Source: Escherichia coli
GTDB taxonomy: Bacteria; Pseudomonadota; Gammaproteobacteria; Enterobacterales; Enterobacteriaceae
Reading direction: 5' to 3' (one strand)
Length of the DNA stretch: 64,000 bases
Assembly: GCF_048403405.1 (NCBI RefSeq)
Contig: NZ_CP183129.1
The notes beneath the pieces are model-generated. The model did no database searches. It had not been told where the DNA came from and was given only the letters and a program-made list of their open reading frames with translations. Position numbers and translations under genes: made by a program. Positions within the stretch are counted from its first letter, which is position 1, and each line of letters begins with the position of its first letter. This document shows positions 1 to 11,807 of this stretch, piece by piece.

Positions 1-209
1 GTGAAGTGGTCCACGTTGACGGCGGTTTCAGCATCGCTGCAATGAACGAACTCGAATTGAAATAATCATTCTGTTGGTAAATATTGGGCGGCGTTCTGCC
101 GCCCGTTATCTCTGTTATACCTTTCTGATATTTGTTATCGCCGATCCGTCTTTCTCCCCTTCCCGCCTTGCGTCAGGATAACGATTTCCTTTACGACCAA
201 GGAGCGCCC

Positions 210-1337
210 ATGGAACAACGCCACATCACCGGCAAAAGCCACTGGTATCATGAAACGCAATCCAGTACTGCGGAGTATGACGTTCTGCCTCTGGTCCCGG
301 AAGCCGCAAAGGTCAGCGATCCCTTTCTGCTCGACGTGATCCTTGATGAAGAAACGCTGGCTCCCTTCCTTTCATGGCTGGTCCCTGCGCGCGTTCTTGC
401 AGTGGAATTGTTCCCTGACCAGCTTACCGTGACCCGTTCACAGACCTTCACCGCTTATGAACGCTTGTCTACGGCCCTGACGGTTGCTCAGGTTTGCGGC
501 GTCCAGCGGTTATGTAACTACTATTCGGCGCGACTTACGCCGCTCCCCGGGCCTGATTCCTCCAGGGAAAGCAATCATAGGTTGGCACAAATCACGCAAT
601 ATGCCCGCCAACTGGCTAGCTCGCCTTCTATTATCGACAACCGATCGCGCCAGCATCTGATTGACGTCGGTCTTACTGCCGGGGACTGTGTGATCATTAA
701 CCAAATCATTGGTTTTATTGGCTTTCAGGCGCGGACCATTGCGACATTTCAGGCTTATCTCGGGCACCCGGTACGCTGGTTACCCGGTCTGGAAATACAA
801 AACTACGCCGACGCGTCACTGTTTGCTGATGAATCAATACGCTGGCGAAGCAGCTATGAGGTGGAAAAACTACCTGAAGAGTACACAAAAAGTTCAACTG
901 CAGAACTTTGCCAACTGGCCGAAACACTCTCTCTCCACCCTATTTCACTTTCCCTTCTCGAAAGGTTGTTAAACAGTACACGGGTTAATACACAGCCGGA
1001 TAATAAGCTTGCGGCGTTGTTATGCGCGCGGATAAATGGCAGTCCTGCTTGTTTTGCCGCCTGTATGGATTCATCAAATGAATATAAAAAAATCAGCGCC
1101 CTTGTGCGCAAGGGCGAAAATGAAATTAACCAATGGGCTGACCGTCATTCTGTTGAGCACGCTACCGTTCAGGCGATACAATGGCTGACCCGAGCACCCG
1201 ATCGCTTTAGCGCCGCCCAGTTCAGCCCTTTACTCGAACACGAAAAATCATCAACGCAGATTATTAATCTGCTGGTATGGAGCGGGCTGTGTGGCTGGAT
1301 AAATCGCTTAAAAATCGCGTTGGGTGAGACATATTAA
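210..1337 (+). CDS. yciW: YciW, CMD/AhpD-like domain protein
   Basis: ORF 132..1337; product from [15 protein letters not shown] recognised as YciW; likely true start near 210; sits immediately upstream of rnb. Confidence 0.75.
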   Translation: MEQRHITGKSHWYHETQSSTAEYDVLPLVPEAAKVSDPFLLDVILDEETLAPFLSWLVPARVLAVELFPDQLTVTRSQTFTAYERLSTALTVAQVCGVQRLCNYYSARLTPLPGPDSSRESNHRLAQITQYARQLASSPSIIDNRSRQHLIDVGLTAGDCVIINQIIGFIGFQARTIATFQAYLGHPVRWLPGLEIQNYADASLFADESIRWRSSYEVEKLPEEYTKSSTAELCQLAETLSLHPISLSLLERLLNSTRVNTQPDNKLAALLCARINGSPACFAACMDSSNEYKKISALVRKGENEINQWADRHSVEHATVQAIQWLTRAPDRFSAAQFSPLLEHEKSSTQIINLLVWSGLCGWINRLKIALGETY

Positions 1338-1404
1338 CCTTGCCGCGTCAGACAGATTCGCGTAAAACTGTCAGCCGCTCTAATGGCCACCAAAATAGAC
1401 AATT

Positions 1405-3339
1405 ATGTTTCAGGACAACCCGCTGCTAGCGCAGCTTAAACAGCAACTGCATTCCCAGACGCCACGCGCTGAAGGGGTGGTAAAAGCCACAGAAAAAGGC
1501 TTTGGCTTCCTGGAAGTCGACGCGCAAAAAAGTTATTTCATTCCGCCGCCGCAGATGAAAAAAGTCATGCATGGCGACCGAATTATCGCGGTGATCCACA
1601 GTGAAAAAGAACGTGAATCCGCAGAGCCAGAAGAACTGGTTGAACCGTTCCTGACTCGTTTCGTGGGTAAAGTTCAGGGCAAAAATGACCGTCTGGCCAT
1701 CGTTCCTGATCATCCACTCTTAAAAGACGCCATTCCTTGCCGCGCAGCCCGTGGCCTGAACCACGAGTTTAAAGAAGGCGACTGGGCGGTTGCCGAAATG
1801 CGCCGTCATCCGCTGAAAGGCGATCGTTCTTTCTATGCTGAACTGACACAATACATCACTTTTGGTGACGACCACTTTGTACCGTGGTGGGTTACACTTG
1901 CGCGCCATAATCTGGAAAAAGAAGCACCAGACGGCGTCGCTACCGAAATGCTCGATGAAGGTCTGGTTCGTGAAGATCTGACCGCGCTGGATTTTGTCAC
2001 CATCGACAGTGCCAGCACAGAAGATATGGATGACGCCCTTTTCGCTAAGGCGTTGCCGGATGACAAACTTCAGCTGATTGTGGCGATTGCCGATCCAACC
2101 GCGTGGATTGCAGAAGGCAGCAAGCTGGACAAAGCCGCGAAAATTCGCGCATTCACCAACTATCTGCCTGGCTTCAACATCCCTATGCTGCCTCGCGAGC
2201 TTTCTGACGATCTCTGCTCACTGCGCGCCAATGAAGTCCGCCCGGTACTGGCATGCCGCATGACGCTCTCCGCTGATGGCACCATTGAAGATAATATCGA
2301 ATTCTTTGCCGCCACCATCGAATCCAAAGCGAAGCTGGTGTATGACCAGGTTTCTGACTGGCTGGAAAATACCGGTGACTGGCAGCCTGAAAGTGAAGCA
2401 ATTGCCGAACAAGTCCGTTTGTTAGCGCAAATTTGCCAACGCCGCGGCGAGTGGCGTCATAACCACGCACTGGTGTTTAAAGATCGCCCGGATTACCGCT
2501 TTATTCTCGGTGAAAAAGGTGAAGTGCTGGATATCGTCGCCGAGCCCCGTCGCATTGCCAACCGTATCGTCGAAGAAGCGATGATTGCCGCTAACATTTG
2601 TGCGGCCCGCGTACTGCGCGATAAGCTCGGTTTTGGCATCTATAACGTGCATATGGGCTTTGATCCGGCAAATGCCGACGCGCTGGCAGCGTTGCTGAAA
2701 ACGCACGGTCTGCATGTCGATGCCGAAGAAGTGCTCACGCTGGACGGTTTCTGCAAACTGCGTCGTGAACTGGACGCGCAACCAACTGGTTTCCTCGACA
2801 GCCGCATTCGTCGCTTCCAGTCATTTGCTGAAATTAGCACTGAACCCGGTCCTCACTTTGGCCTCGGTCTGGAAGCATACGCCACCTGGACTTCGCCGAT
2901 CCGTAAATATGGCGACATGATCAACCACCGTCTGCTGAAAGCGGTTATCAAAGGCGAAACTGCGACGCGTCCGCAGGATGAAATCACTGTCCAAATGGCC
3001 GAGCGTCGCCGTCTCAACCGAATGGCAGAACGTGATGTTGGCGACTGGTTATACGCACGCTTCCTGAAAGACAAAGCCGGGACTGACACCCGTTTCGCGG
3101 CGGAAATTGTCGATATCAGCCGTGGCGGCATGCGTGTGCGTTTGGTTGATAACGGCGCTATTGCCTTTATTCCGGCACCTTTCTTACACGCTGTGCGCGA
3201 TGAACTGGTTTGCAGCCAGGAAAACGGCACTGTACAAATTAAAGGTGAAACGGCTTACAAAGTGACTGACGTTATTGACGTCACCATTGCCGAAGTCCGC
3301 ATGGAAACCCGCAGCATTATTGCGCGCCCGGTCGCGTAA
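1405..3339 (+). CDS. rnb: exoribonuclease II (RNase II)
   Basis: 644-aa ORF, N-terminus [15 protein letters not shown] and RNB-domain sequence; conserved neighbourhood. Confidence 0.95.
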   Translation: MFQDNPLLAQLKQQLHSQTPRAEGVVKATEKGFGFLEVDAQKSYFIPPPQMKKVMHGDRIIAVIHSEKERESAEPEELVEPFLTRFVGKVQGKNDRLAIVPDHPLLKDAIPCRAARGLNHEFKEGDWAVAEMRRHPLKGDRSFYAELTQYITFGDDHFVPWWVTLARHNLEKEAPDGVATEMLDEGLVREDLTALDFVTIDSASTEDMDDALFAKALPDDKLQLIVAIADPTAWIAEGSKLDKAAKIRAFTNYLPGFNIPMLPRELSDDLCSLRANEVRPVLACRMTLSADGTIEDNIEFFAATIESKAKLVYDQVSDWLENTGDWQPESEAIAEQVRLLAQICQRRGEWRHNHALVFKDRPDYRFILGEKGEVLDIVAEPRRIANRIVEEAMIAANICAARVLRDKLGFGIYNVHMGFDPANADALAALLKTHGLHVDAEEVLTLDGFCKLRRELDAQPTGFLDSRIRRFQSFAEISTEPGPHFGLGLEAYATWTSPIRKYGDMINHRLLKAVIKGETATRPQDEITVQMAERRRLNRMAERDVGDWLYARFLKDKAGTDTRFAAEIVDISRGGMRVRLVDNGAIAFIPAPFLHAVRDELVCSQENGTVQIKGETAYKVTDVIDVTIAEVRMETRSIIARPVA

Positions 3340-3348
3340 TCTCCTTTC

Positions 3349-3382
3349 ACGGCCCATTCCTCATGAATGGGCCATTTATTTC
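3349..3382 (+). terminator. rho-independent terminator downstream of rnb
   Basis: GC hairpin ggcccattc/aatgggcc followed by T-rich tract directly after rnb stop. Confidence 0.55.
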
Positions 3383-3573
3383 CCCGCTCCACCTTCGTCA
3401 TATCCCGGCAGATTTTTAACTGACTTTCGTTTGAAAACTGGCGTTTTTCCAAAACTGGATTACAAATAAATATATAAAAAAAACAATGCGTTTAGCCGCC
3501 GTTAATTTCATGTAAGTCATGTTGTTCCTTTTATTTAACCGCGGACTCCGCTGTTAACCGGAGGATATGCATC

Positions 3574-5559
3574 ATGAAAACCGTTAGGGAGTCCACAACG
3601 TTGTACAACTTTCTCGGATCGCACAATCCATACTGGCGGTTAACGGAAAGCAGCGATGTTTTGCGCTTTTCTACCACCGAAACCACAGAACCTGAACGTA
3701 CGTTGCAGTTATCTGCCGAACAGGCTGCTCGCATCAGGGAAATGACAGTCATCACTTCCAGTCTGATGATGAGTCTGACCGTCGATGAAAGCGATCTTTC
3801 TGTGCATCTGGTAGGACGAAAAATCAATAAACGGGAATGGGCTGGCAACGCGTCGGCATGGCATGACACACCGGCGGTTGCTCGTGATTTATCACACGGG
3901 CTTTCCTTTGCTGAGCAGGTAGTTTCTGAAGCACATTCCGCAATAGTGATTCTCGACAGTCGGGGGAATATCCAGCGCTTCAATCGGTTATGTGAAGATT
4001 ACACAGGGTTGAAAGAACACGACGTCATTGGGCAAAGCGTGTTTAAACTGTTTATGAGCCGTCGTGAAGCTGCGGCATCCAGGCGCAATAACCGTGTATT
4101 TTTTCGAAGCGGCAATGCATATGAAGTCGAACTGTGGATACCAACACGTAAAGGCCAGCGGCTGTTTCTGTTTCGCAATAAATTTGTCCACAGCGGTAGT
4201 GGCAAAAACGAGATTTTTTTAATCTGTTCCGGCACCGACATTACCGAAGAGCGCCGCGCTCAGGAGCGACTGCGCATTCTGGCAAATACCGACAGTATCA
4301 CCGGACTGCCGAATCGTAACGCAATGCAGGAGTTAATCGATCACGCTATTAATCAGGCAGATAACAATAAAGTTGGGGTTGTGTATCTTGATTTGGATAA
4401 TTTTAAAAAGGTCAACGACGCCTATGGGCATTTGTTTGGTGACCAGCTATTACGCGACGTGTCATTGGCTATTTTAAGCTGTCTCGAACATGACCAGGTG
4501 TTGGCGCGTCCAGGTGGCGATGAGTTTCTGGTACTGGCATCCAACACCTCACAAAGCGCGCTGGAAGCAATGGCATCACGAATTTTGACCCGCTTACGGC
4601 TCCCCTTTCGCATTGGTTTAATTGAAGTTTATACCAGCTGTTCAGTAGGTATTGCACTCTCTCCCGAACATGGTTCAGACAGCACGGCTATTATTCGTCA
4701 CGCCGACACAGCAATGTACACAGCGAAGGAAGGCGGACGAGGACAATTTTGCGTTTTTACCCCAGAAATGAATCAACGGGTATTTGAATATCTCTGGCTG
4801 GATACCAACTTGCGTAAAGCACTGGAAAACGATCAGTTGGTTATTCACTATCAACCGAAAATCACCTGGCGTGGCGAAGTGCGCAGTCTGGAAGCACTAG
4901 TACGTTGGCAGTCACCTGAACGTGGGTTGATTCCACCGTTGGACTTCATTTCCTACGCCGAAGAGTCAGGGCTAATTGTGCCTTTAGGCCGTTGGGTGAT
5001 TCTCGATGTCGTACGCCAGGTGGCGAAGTGGCGGGATAAAGGTATTAACCTGCGAGTGGCGGTAAATATTTCTGCACGTCAGCTCGCCGATCAAACCATT
5101 TTCACCGCCCTGAAACAGGTTCTCCAGGAACTCAATTTTGAATACTGCCCTATAGATGTTGAACTGACAGAGAGTTGTCTGATTGAGAATGATGAACTGG
5201 CACTGTCTGTTATTCAACAATTTAGCCAACTAGGTGCGCAAGTGCATCTGGATGATTTTGGTACCGGCTACTCTTCACTTTCGCAACTGGCGCGCTTTCC
5301 GATCGATGCCATCAAACTTGACCAGGTTTTTGTTCGAGATATTCACAAACAACCTGTCTCGCAGTCACTGGTCCGGGCGATCGTCGCTGTGGCCCAGGCA
5401 TTGAATCTTCAGGTGATCGCCGAAGGTGTAGAGAGTGCAAAGGAAGATGCTTTTTTAACCAAGAACGGGATCAATGAGCGGCAAGGATTTTTGTTTGCCA
5501 AACCGATGCCCGCCGTCGCCTTCGAACGCTGGTATAAACGCTATCTGAAGCGCGCATAA
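3574..5559 (+). CDS. pdeR: c-di-GMP phosphodiesterase PdeR (YciR/Gmr), PAS-GGDEF-EAL
   Basis: 661-aa ORF with GGDEF-like and EAL regions; position between rnb and yciT. Confidence 0.9.
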   Translation: MKTVRESTTLYNFLGSHNPYWRLTESSDVLRFSTTETTEPERTLQLSAEQAARIREMTVITSSLMMSLTVDESDLSVHLVGRKINKREWAGNASAWHDTPAVARDLSHGLSFAEQVVSEAHSAIVILDSRGNIQRFNRLCEDYTGLKEHDVIGQSVFKLFMSRREAAASRRNNRVFFRSGNAYEVELWIPTRKGQRLFLFRNKFVHSGSGKNEIFLICSGTDITEERRAQERLRILANTDSITGLPNRNAMQELIDHAINQADNNKVGVVYLDLDNFKKVNDAYGHLFGDQLLRDVSLAILSCLEHDQVLARPGGDEFLVLASNTSQSALEAMASRILTRLRLPFRIGLIEVYTSCSVGIALSPEHGSDSTAIIRHADTAMYTAKEGGRGQFCVFTPEMNQRVFEYLWLDTNLRKALENDQLVIHYQPKITWRGEVRSLEALVRWQSPERGLIPPLDFISYAEESGLIVPLGRWVILDVVRQVAKWRDKGINLRVAVNISARQLADQTIFTALKQVLQELNFEYCPIDVELTESCLIENDELALSVIQQFSQLGAQVHLDDFGTGYSSLSQLARFPIDAIKLDQVFVRDIHKQPVSQSLVRAIVAVAQALNLQVIAEGVESAKEDAFLTKNGINERQGFLFAKPMPAVAFERWYKRYLKRA

Positions 5560-5705
5560 GTAGATGAATATATATACTTAGCGCTATATCCCGTCATTAT
5601 ATATCGTATTCCTGGATGATAATTAGCCGTTGCTGTTAAACACTTCTCTTTTAGCGGCAATTTTTGCATTATTCATTTTCCACTTTTACTATAAGGATGT
5701 CCTTG

Positions 5706-5879
5706 ATGTCTGAATTTGATGCCCAGCGCGTTGCCGAACGTATTGATATTGTGTTAGATATCCTTGTGGCAGGCGATTACCACTCTGCGATCCATAATCT
5801 CGAGATACTTAAAGCAGAACTCTTGCGCCAGGTTGCTGAATCTACGCCAGACATCCCGAAGGCACCGTGGGAGATTTAA
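5706..5879 (+). CDS. yciZ: small protein YciZ (UPF0509)
   Basis: 57-codon ORF from [18 protein letters not shown] inside listed ORF 5664..5879; conserved position. Confidence 0.7.
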
Positions 5880-5968
5880 CAATCGTGCCTTCAGGTTTTC
5901 CTATTTGAGGATGCCCGGCGCGTCAGTATTTTTTTATTTAGTATTATAACGTTATAAGAATTACAGCG

Positions 5969-6718
5969 ATGAATTCCCGACAACAAACTATTCTACAGAT
6001 GGTCATTGACCAGGGTCAGGTTAGCGTAACCGATCTGGCAAAAGCCACTGGAGTTTCTGAAGTTACCATTCGCCAGGATCTCAACACCCTCGAAAAACTG
6101 AGTTACCTCCGCCGTGCACATGGCTTTGCAGTTTCGCTTGATAGTGATGACGTCGAAACCCGTATGATGAGCAACTATACGCTGAAGCGTGAACTCGCCG
6201 AGTTTGCCGCGTCTCTGGTTCAACCGGGCGAAACCATCTTTATCGAAAATGGTAGCAGCAATGCCCTGCTCGCCCGGACTCTGGGCGAACAGAAGAAAAA
6301 TGTCACTATCATCACAGTCAGCAGCTACATTGCGCATTTGCTGAAAGACGCGCCTTGTGAAGTCATTTTGCTCGGTGGCGTGTACCAGAAAAAAAGCGAA
6401 AGTATGGTTGGCCCTTTGACACGCCAGTGCATCCAGCAGGTACATTTCAGCAAAGCATTTATTGGTATTGATGGCTGGCAACCTGAAACTGGATTCACCG
6501 GTCGCGATATGATGCGTACCGATGTGGTCAATGCCGTGCTGGAAAAAGAGTGCGAAGCGATAGTCCTGACTGACAGCTCGAAATTTGGTGCTGTACATTC
6601 ATACTCCATCGGTCCCGTTGAGCGATTCAATCGCGTGATTACCGATTCGAAAATACGCGCCAGCGATCTGATGCATCTTGAGCACAGTAAACTCACCGTT
6701 CACGTCGTTGACATTTAA
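5969..6718 (+). CDS. yciT: DeoR-family transcriptional regulator YciT
   Basis: 249-aa ORF with N-terminal HTH and DeoR C-terminal sugar-binding-like region. Confidence 0.9.
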   Translation: MNSRQQTILQMVIDQGQVSVTDLAKATGVSEVTIRQDLNTLEKLSYLRRAHGFAVSLDSDDVETRMMSNYTLKRELAEFAASLVQPGETIFIENGSSNALLARTLGEQKKNVTIITVSSYIAHLLKDAPCEVILLGGVYQKKSESMVGPLTRQCIQQVHFSKAFIGIDGWQPETGFTGRDMMRTDVVNAVLEKECEAIVLTDSSKFGAVHSYSIGPVERFNRVITDSKIRASDLMHLEHSKLTVHVVDI

Positions 6719-6986
6719 CCATTTCCCTTCTCTACGGATGATTTGCAGTTTGGCAAATCATCCGCTCTAAGATGATTCCTGGTTGATAATTAAGACTATT
6801 TACCTGTTATTAACACTCTCAAGATATAAAATTATTATCAGCGATATAACAGGAAGTCATTATCACCTGCGTGATATAACCCTGCGCGCGAGCAGATTTC
6901 ACGGAATAATTTCACCAGGCTTATTCTTAGCTATTATAGTTATAGAGAGCTTACTTCCGTGAATCATAAATTCAGGAGAGAGTATT

Positions 6987-7205
6987 ATGTTTGTAACGAG
7001 CAAAAAAATGACCGCGGCTGTTCTGGCAATTACCCTGGCAATGTCTCTGAGTGCCTGTTCTAACTGGTCTAAACGGGACCGCAACACCGCAATCGGCGCG
7101 GGTGCAGGGGCATTAGGCGGTGCAGTACTGACCGATGGCAGTACGTTGGGTACATTAGGTGGTGCAGCTGTCGGTGGTGTTATTGGTCACCAGGTCGGTA
7201 AATAA
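6987..7205 (+). CDS. osmB: osmotically inducible lipoprotein OsmB
   Basis: 72-aa ORF, signal peptide ending LSAC lipobox, Gly-rich mature part. Confidence 0.9.
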   Translation: MFVTSKKMTAAVLAITLAMSLSACSNWSKRDRNTAIGAGAGALGGAVLTDGSTLGTLGGAAVGGVIGHQVGK

Positions 7206-7298
7206 TCGTAAATAAATGTCGATTATCGACTCGCAATTATAATACGCTTGATTCTGTTCAGTACGAAATAACTGAATAATACACACAGTAAAATATTC

Positions 7299-7329
7299 GA
7301 AAGCCACGGATATATCCGTGGCTTTTTAT
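7299..7329. terminator. bidirectional terminator between convergent osmB and yciH
   Basis: hairpin agccacgga-tata-tccgtggct followed by T run. Confidence 0.6.
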
Positions 7330-7330
7330 G

Positions 7331-7660
7331 TTAACCACCTGCGAGTTTTACCTTCATCCCTTTCGCTTCAAGTAGTGATTTTAATAAATCACGCTTATCG
7401 CCCTGGATTTCAATAACTCCATCTTTAACTGCTCCGCCGCAGCCGCATTTTTTCTTCAGTTCCGCTGCAAGTTTTGTCAGTTCGGCATCATCGAGATCGA
7501 CACCGGTAATCAGGCAAACGCCCTTACCTTTACGTCCACTGGTCTGACGCTGAATACGCACCACACCGTCGCCTTTAGGGCGTACAGGGGCCGCTTTGGG
7601 CTCATCAATACGTCCGGTTTCCGTTGAGTAGACCAGACGGCTGTTGGAATCACTCATCAT
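7331..7660 (-). CDS. yciH: SUI1/eIF1-like translation factor YciH
   Basis: 109-aa ORF; start overlaps pyrF stop (ATGA), operon with pyrF. Confidence 0.9.
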   Translation of the reverse strand: MMSDSNSRLVYSTETGRIDEPKAAPVRPKGDGVVRIQRQTSGRKGKGVCLITGVDLDDAELTKLAAELKKKCGCGGAVKDGVIEIQGDKRDLLKSLLEAKGMKVKLAGG

Positions 7661-8394
7661 GCACTCCGCTGTAAAGAGGCGTTGATCGCTTTCAGCGTCT
7701 GCGCTGGATCTACCGATTGCGTTACCGGGCGACCAATCACCATATAATCAACACCAGCCGACAACGCCTGTTCTGGCGTCATAATGCGGCGCTGGTCACC
7801 AGCTTCACTCCCCTGCGGACGAATGCCCGGCGTAACCAGTTTGAACTCCTGACCGAATACCTGTTTAAAGCGCACAGCTTCCTGAGCAGAACACACCACA
7901 CCATCAAGGCCACATTTTTGCGTCAGTGCCGCCAGACGTTCTGCATAATCTGCAGGTGACAGTGTCATGCCAAGATCGACCAGGTCGCTGGCTTCCATGC
8001 TGGTCAACACTGTCACAGCAATCAAAAGCGGTGCATCTTTGCCAAACGGAACCAGTGCCTCACGCGCTGCGGTCATCATACGCGCCCCACCAGAGGCATG
8101 AACATTCACCATCCACACGCCTAAGTCAGCTGCAGCAGCGACAGCGTGCGCAGCAGTGTTAGGAATATCGTGGAATTTCAGGTCAAGAAAGATATCAAAA
8201 CCACGCTGTTGAAGTTCGCGCACAAACTGTGGCCCAAACAATGTAAACATCTCTTTGCCGACCTTCAGACGACAATCGCGTGGGTCGATCTTGTCGACAA
8301 AGGACAGCGCGTCATCACGATTATGATAATCAAGGGCAACAACCACAGGAGAATTCGTAACAGCGCGGGAAGAAGATGAAGCAGTTAACGTCAT
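7657..8394 (-). CDS. pyrF: orotidine-5'-phosphate decarboxylase
   Basis: ORF 7657..8454; PyrF sequence begins [23 protein letters not shown] so start placed at 8394. Confidence 0.9.
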   Translation of the reverse strand: MTLTASSSSRAVTNSPVVVALDYHNRDDALSFVDKIDPRDCRLKVGKEMFTLFGPQFVRELQQRGFDIFLDLKFHDIPNTAAHAVAAAADLGVWMVNVHASGGARMMTAAREALVPFGKDAPLLIAVTVLTSMEASDLVDLGMTLSPADYAERLAALTQKCGLDGVVCSAQEAVRFKQVFGQEFKLVTPGIRPQGSEAGDQRRIMTPEQALSAGVDYMVIGRPVTQSVDPAQTLKAINASLQRSA

Positions 8395-8586
8395 GACCAG
8401 ACCTTCTTGATGATGGGCACCGGAAGTGGCGCGAAACAGGTAAACGGCGAGCATTCTACCCGTGGAAATAAAAAATTAACAGTTGCGATTTTTCCCCTGG
8501 CAGGCTTTTTCTGCGCCGTCGTTGCCGGAGCACAATGGAACATCAATAACTAGTATGTTGTAACTAAAGTCGGATTTTTTTAAAAA

Positions 8587-9756
8587 TTACAGGCCATCAA
8601 GACCGCGAATCGGTTTAATGGTTGACCAGGCCCGACAAGACGGACAATGCCAGTAGAGGGTGTATGCGGTAAAACCACATTTCTGGCAGCGATAACGAGG
8701 CTTACTACGCACCTTCTCGCCAACCATGTCACGCAGCACCATCAGACTCTCTTTGGCACGCCCTTCTTCCGCTTCATTTAAGTGGTAATCCATTAGCTTA
8801 TGGAACACACGCATGGTCGGATGACGCTGAAGCTGACGCGTAATATAGACCTGTGCGGCCTCACTACCGTCGCGCGCTTCGATAATATCCGCAAGCATCA
8901 ATTCAGCATCGGCACCGGTGTTCTCTTCCACCGCGCGCTGCAGGAATTCTGCCCATTCGGCAGTTTTACCCAACTGCTGATAGCAGGTTTGCAACATTTC
9001 CAGCGTTTCGCTGACCAGTTCTCTGTCCTGGGATATCACGCGTTGCAAACTTTCGACGGCTTTGGCGTATTCTCCTTTCGCCATAAACACGCGTCCCATC
9101 ATGATGGATACGCGGGCGCTGTTTTTATCTGCCGCAGCCCCTTTTTTTAGCAAGGTCATGGCACGATCGAGATCGTCGCTGGCCATATGCTGCAGGGCTA
9201 ACTCACAGTAGAAATGGGCAATTTCGACGCGCTGTTTATCTTTACCCAGCTTCACCAGGCGTTCGGCAACATCAATTGCTTTCTGCCACTCGCTGGTAGC
9301 CTGGTAGATTTGTAGCAACTGTTGCAGCGCGCCAATGCGGAAGTCAGTTTCATCGGTCAGCTGATTGAACATGTCTTCCGCGCGGTCGTATAACCCGGCG
9401 GCCATGTAATCACGCCCCAGTTGTTGAATCGCCAACAGACGCTGTTCATAGGTCAGCGAGGCGCTTTCCATTAGGGTCTGATGGATGCGAATAGCGCGAT
9501 CAACTTCGCCACGCGAACGGAACAGGTTTCCGAGCGTAAGGTGGGCTTCAACGGTACCCGTATCCTCTTTAAGCATATCGAGAAACAGGTCTACCGCTTT
9601 ATCCTGTTGATTACTAAGCAGAAAGTTAACCCCCGCTACGTAATCACGCGACAAGCGGTTGGCTTCATCTTGCTTGTTTTGTTGCGCACTTCTGCGGCCC
9701 ATATACCAGCCATAGGCAGCGGCTACAGGCAAAAGCAGAAACAACAACTCCAGCAT
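8587..9756 (-). CDS. lapB: LPS assembly protein LapB (YciM), TPR repeats plus C-terminal rubredoxin-like Cys motifs
   Basis: 389-aa ORF; N-terminal TM, TPR region, C-terminal CxxC...CxxC. Confidence 0.9.
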   Translation of the reverse strand: MLELLFLLLPVAAAYGWYMGRRSAQQNKQDEANRLSRDYVAGVNFLLSNQQDKAVDLFLDMLKEDTGTVEAHLTLGNLFRSRGEVDRAIRIHQTLMESASLTYEQRLLAIQQLGRDYMAAGLYDRAEDMFNQLTDETDFRIGALQQLLQIYQATSEWQKAIDVAERLVKLGKDKQRVEIAHFYCELALQHMASDDLDRAMTLLKKGAAADKNSARVSIMMGRVFMAKGEYAKAVESLQRVISQDRELVSETLEMLQTCYQQLGKTAEWAEFLQRAVEENTGADAELMLADIIEARDGSEAAQVYITRQLQRHPTMRVFHKLMDYHLNEAEEGRAKESLMVLRDMVGEKVRSKPRYRCQKCGFTAYTLYWHCPSCRAWSTIKPIRGLDGL

Positions 9757-9762
9757 AGAAAG

Positions 9763-10071
9763 TTATTCCTTCGCCGCTGACGAATGCGGCGCTACAGCCA
9801 CGTCAGTCGCGGGTGAAAGCTGGTTTTCCAGTCGCTTTATTTTACGTTCAGCGCGCGCCAGGGAAACACGAACTCGCAGCCAGAACAGACCGCAAATCAG
9901 CCAACCGATAGCAAACCCCGCAGCAAACAATACCGCCAGCAATGTGGAAATACGGTACTCCCCTTGCGCTAACAGATAATTAAACGTCACCTGTTGATCG
10001 TTCTGCGCACCTAACGTGACCGAAATCACGAAGATCGCTAACACCAGTAAGAAAATGAGTAAATATTTCAC
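9763..10071 (-). CDS. lapA: LPS assembly protein LapA (YciS)
   Basis: 102-aa membrane protein immediately upstream of lapB. Confidence 0.85.
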   Translation of the reverse strand: MKYLLIFLLVLAIFVISVTLGAQNDQQVTFNYLLAQGEYRISTLLAVLFAAGFAIGWLICGLFWLRVRVSLARAERKIKRLENQLSPATDVAVAPHSSAAKE

Positions 10072-10219
10072 ATTACTTCCCGTTATGTGGTTAGAGCGAA
10101 TAAATTATGGTCAACTTACCGCAATAGCCCTTTAAAGTACCATTTTCGCGCCGTCTGCGAAATGGCATCCACGCGCATTGTTGATGATTTAAGGGCTAAA
10201 TTCGGAAAATCAACCAGCG

Positions 10220-10984
10220 TTAACTTTCTTGTTCTCGTTGTGCAATTTCGCGATTTTCTTCCGCAGGTGGTGTTAATGGCCCACAAATTCGTTGCGCAAG
10301 CCACGTTGCCACCGCCACCAGCGCCCACGAAATCAACGTAGCTACCACCAGATCGCGTGGCCAATGCATCCCGAGCAGCAGGCGGCTTCCCATGACTCCC
10401 GTTGCCCAGACCAACAAGATAGCAATGGTTAACGTTCGCCGACGCGGCCATAGCAAACCAACGGCCAGCAGCGCCCAACTGGCAGCAAACATCGTGTGAC
10501 CGGAAGGAAAGGCAAACCCCGTCTCTTTCTGCCAGTGTGAACGCAAATATTGTGGGATATTTTTCTCTTCAGCCAACTGTTCTTTCACTAGATTTCCGCG
10601 TTCTGCTCGCTTTAAAGTGTAGAACTCATCAACCGGAATATGATGTGTTTTTTCCAGCCAGATAACAAAAGGTCGTGGTTCCTGGACTTTGTCTTTGATC
10701 CAGGATTTAACGCCTTGTCCCACAAGAATTGCCGCCGCCAGAATGGCAAATAACATAATGGCAGCCTTAATGCGAAAACGCAGACACCAGAGAAACCAAC
10801 CGAATAAAATCAAATGTGTAATGACGCCCCAGGGCTGGGTAACAGTTTCAGTAACCCAAAAAGCCGCTTTTAGTAGCCAACTTTGTTCTCCAGGTTGCCA
10901 ACGCCAGCCAGAAATCCATACGGCTACTGGCATAACAAGCAATAGTGCAGCTCCCACTGCGGTACGTCTGGCAATCGAACGCAT
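10220..10984 (-). CDS. pgpB: phosphatidylglycerophosphatase B (PAP2 family)
   Basis: 254-aa polytopic membrane ORF with PAP2 motifs (PSGH...). Confidence 0.9.
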   Translation of the reverse strand: MRSIARRTAVGAALLLVMPVAVWISGWRWQPGEQSWLLKAAFWVTETVTQPWGVITHLILFGWFLWCLRFRIKAAIMLFAILAAAILVGQGVKSWIKDKVQEPRPFVIWLEKTHHIPVDEFYTLKRAERGNLVKEQLAEEKNIPQYLRSHWQKETGFAFPSGHTMFAASWALLAVGLLWPRRRTLTIAILLVWATGVMGSRLLLGMHWPRDLVVATLISWALVAVATWLAQRICGPLTPPAEENREIAQREQES

Positions 10985-11153
10985 GGCCTCTCCTTTTTGA
11001 TAAGTCCCACAATCATAACTGAAAATGCCAGTTCCAGGAAAAATTGACAGATTTGTGCCATTCCGTGAACGATCGACGCGTCGTGATTAGGTGAACCCCT
11101 TCTCGTTATGGCAAAATAAGCCAATACAGAACCAGCATTATCTGGAGAATTTC

Positions 11154-11744
11154 ATGCAGCTTAAACGTGTGGCAGAAGCCAAACTGCCAACCCCATGGGG
11201 CGATTTCCTGATGGTGGGATTTGAAGAACTGGCAACCGGACACGATCATGTCGCGCTAGTCTATGGCGATATTTCCGGGCATACCCCGGTACTTGCGCGC
11301 GTCCATTCCGAATGTCTGACCGGTGACGCCCTGTTCAGCTTGCGCTGCGATTGTGGCTTCCAGCTCGAAGCGGCACTGACGCAAATTGCCGAAGAAGGCC
11401 GTGGTATTTTGCTGTATCACCGTCAGGAAGGTCGTAACATTGGTCTGCTGAATAAAATCCGCGCTTATGCACTGCAGGATCAAGGTTACGATACCGTAGA
11501 GGCTAACCACCAGTTAGGCTTCGCCGCTGATGAGCGCGACTTCACTCTTTGCGCTGATATGTTCAAACTCCTTGGCGTCAATGAAGTCCGCTTGTTAACC
11601 AATAACCCGAAAAAAGTCGAAATTCTGACCGAAGCAGGGATTAATATTGTTGAACGCGTACCGTTGATTGTAGGTCGTAACCCCAATAACGAACATTATC
11701 TTGATACCAAAGCCGAGAAAATGGGTCATTTGCTGAACAAATAA
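11154..11744 (+). CDS. ribA: GTP cyclohydrolase II
   Basis: ORF 11091..11744; RibA begins [18 protein letters not shown]; zinc motif CxCxxC present. Confidence 0.9.
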
Positions 11745-11766
11745 CCCTCTTGCATTGTGTAATTCA

Positions 11767-11802
11767 TTTGCTTGCCGGAAGCAAAATAACCGGCAAGCAA
11801 AT
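11767..11802. terminator. bidirectional terminator between convergent ribA and acnA
   Basis: hairpin ttgcttgccgg/ccggcaagcaa. Confidence 0.55.
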
Positions 11803-11807
11803 ACTCG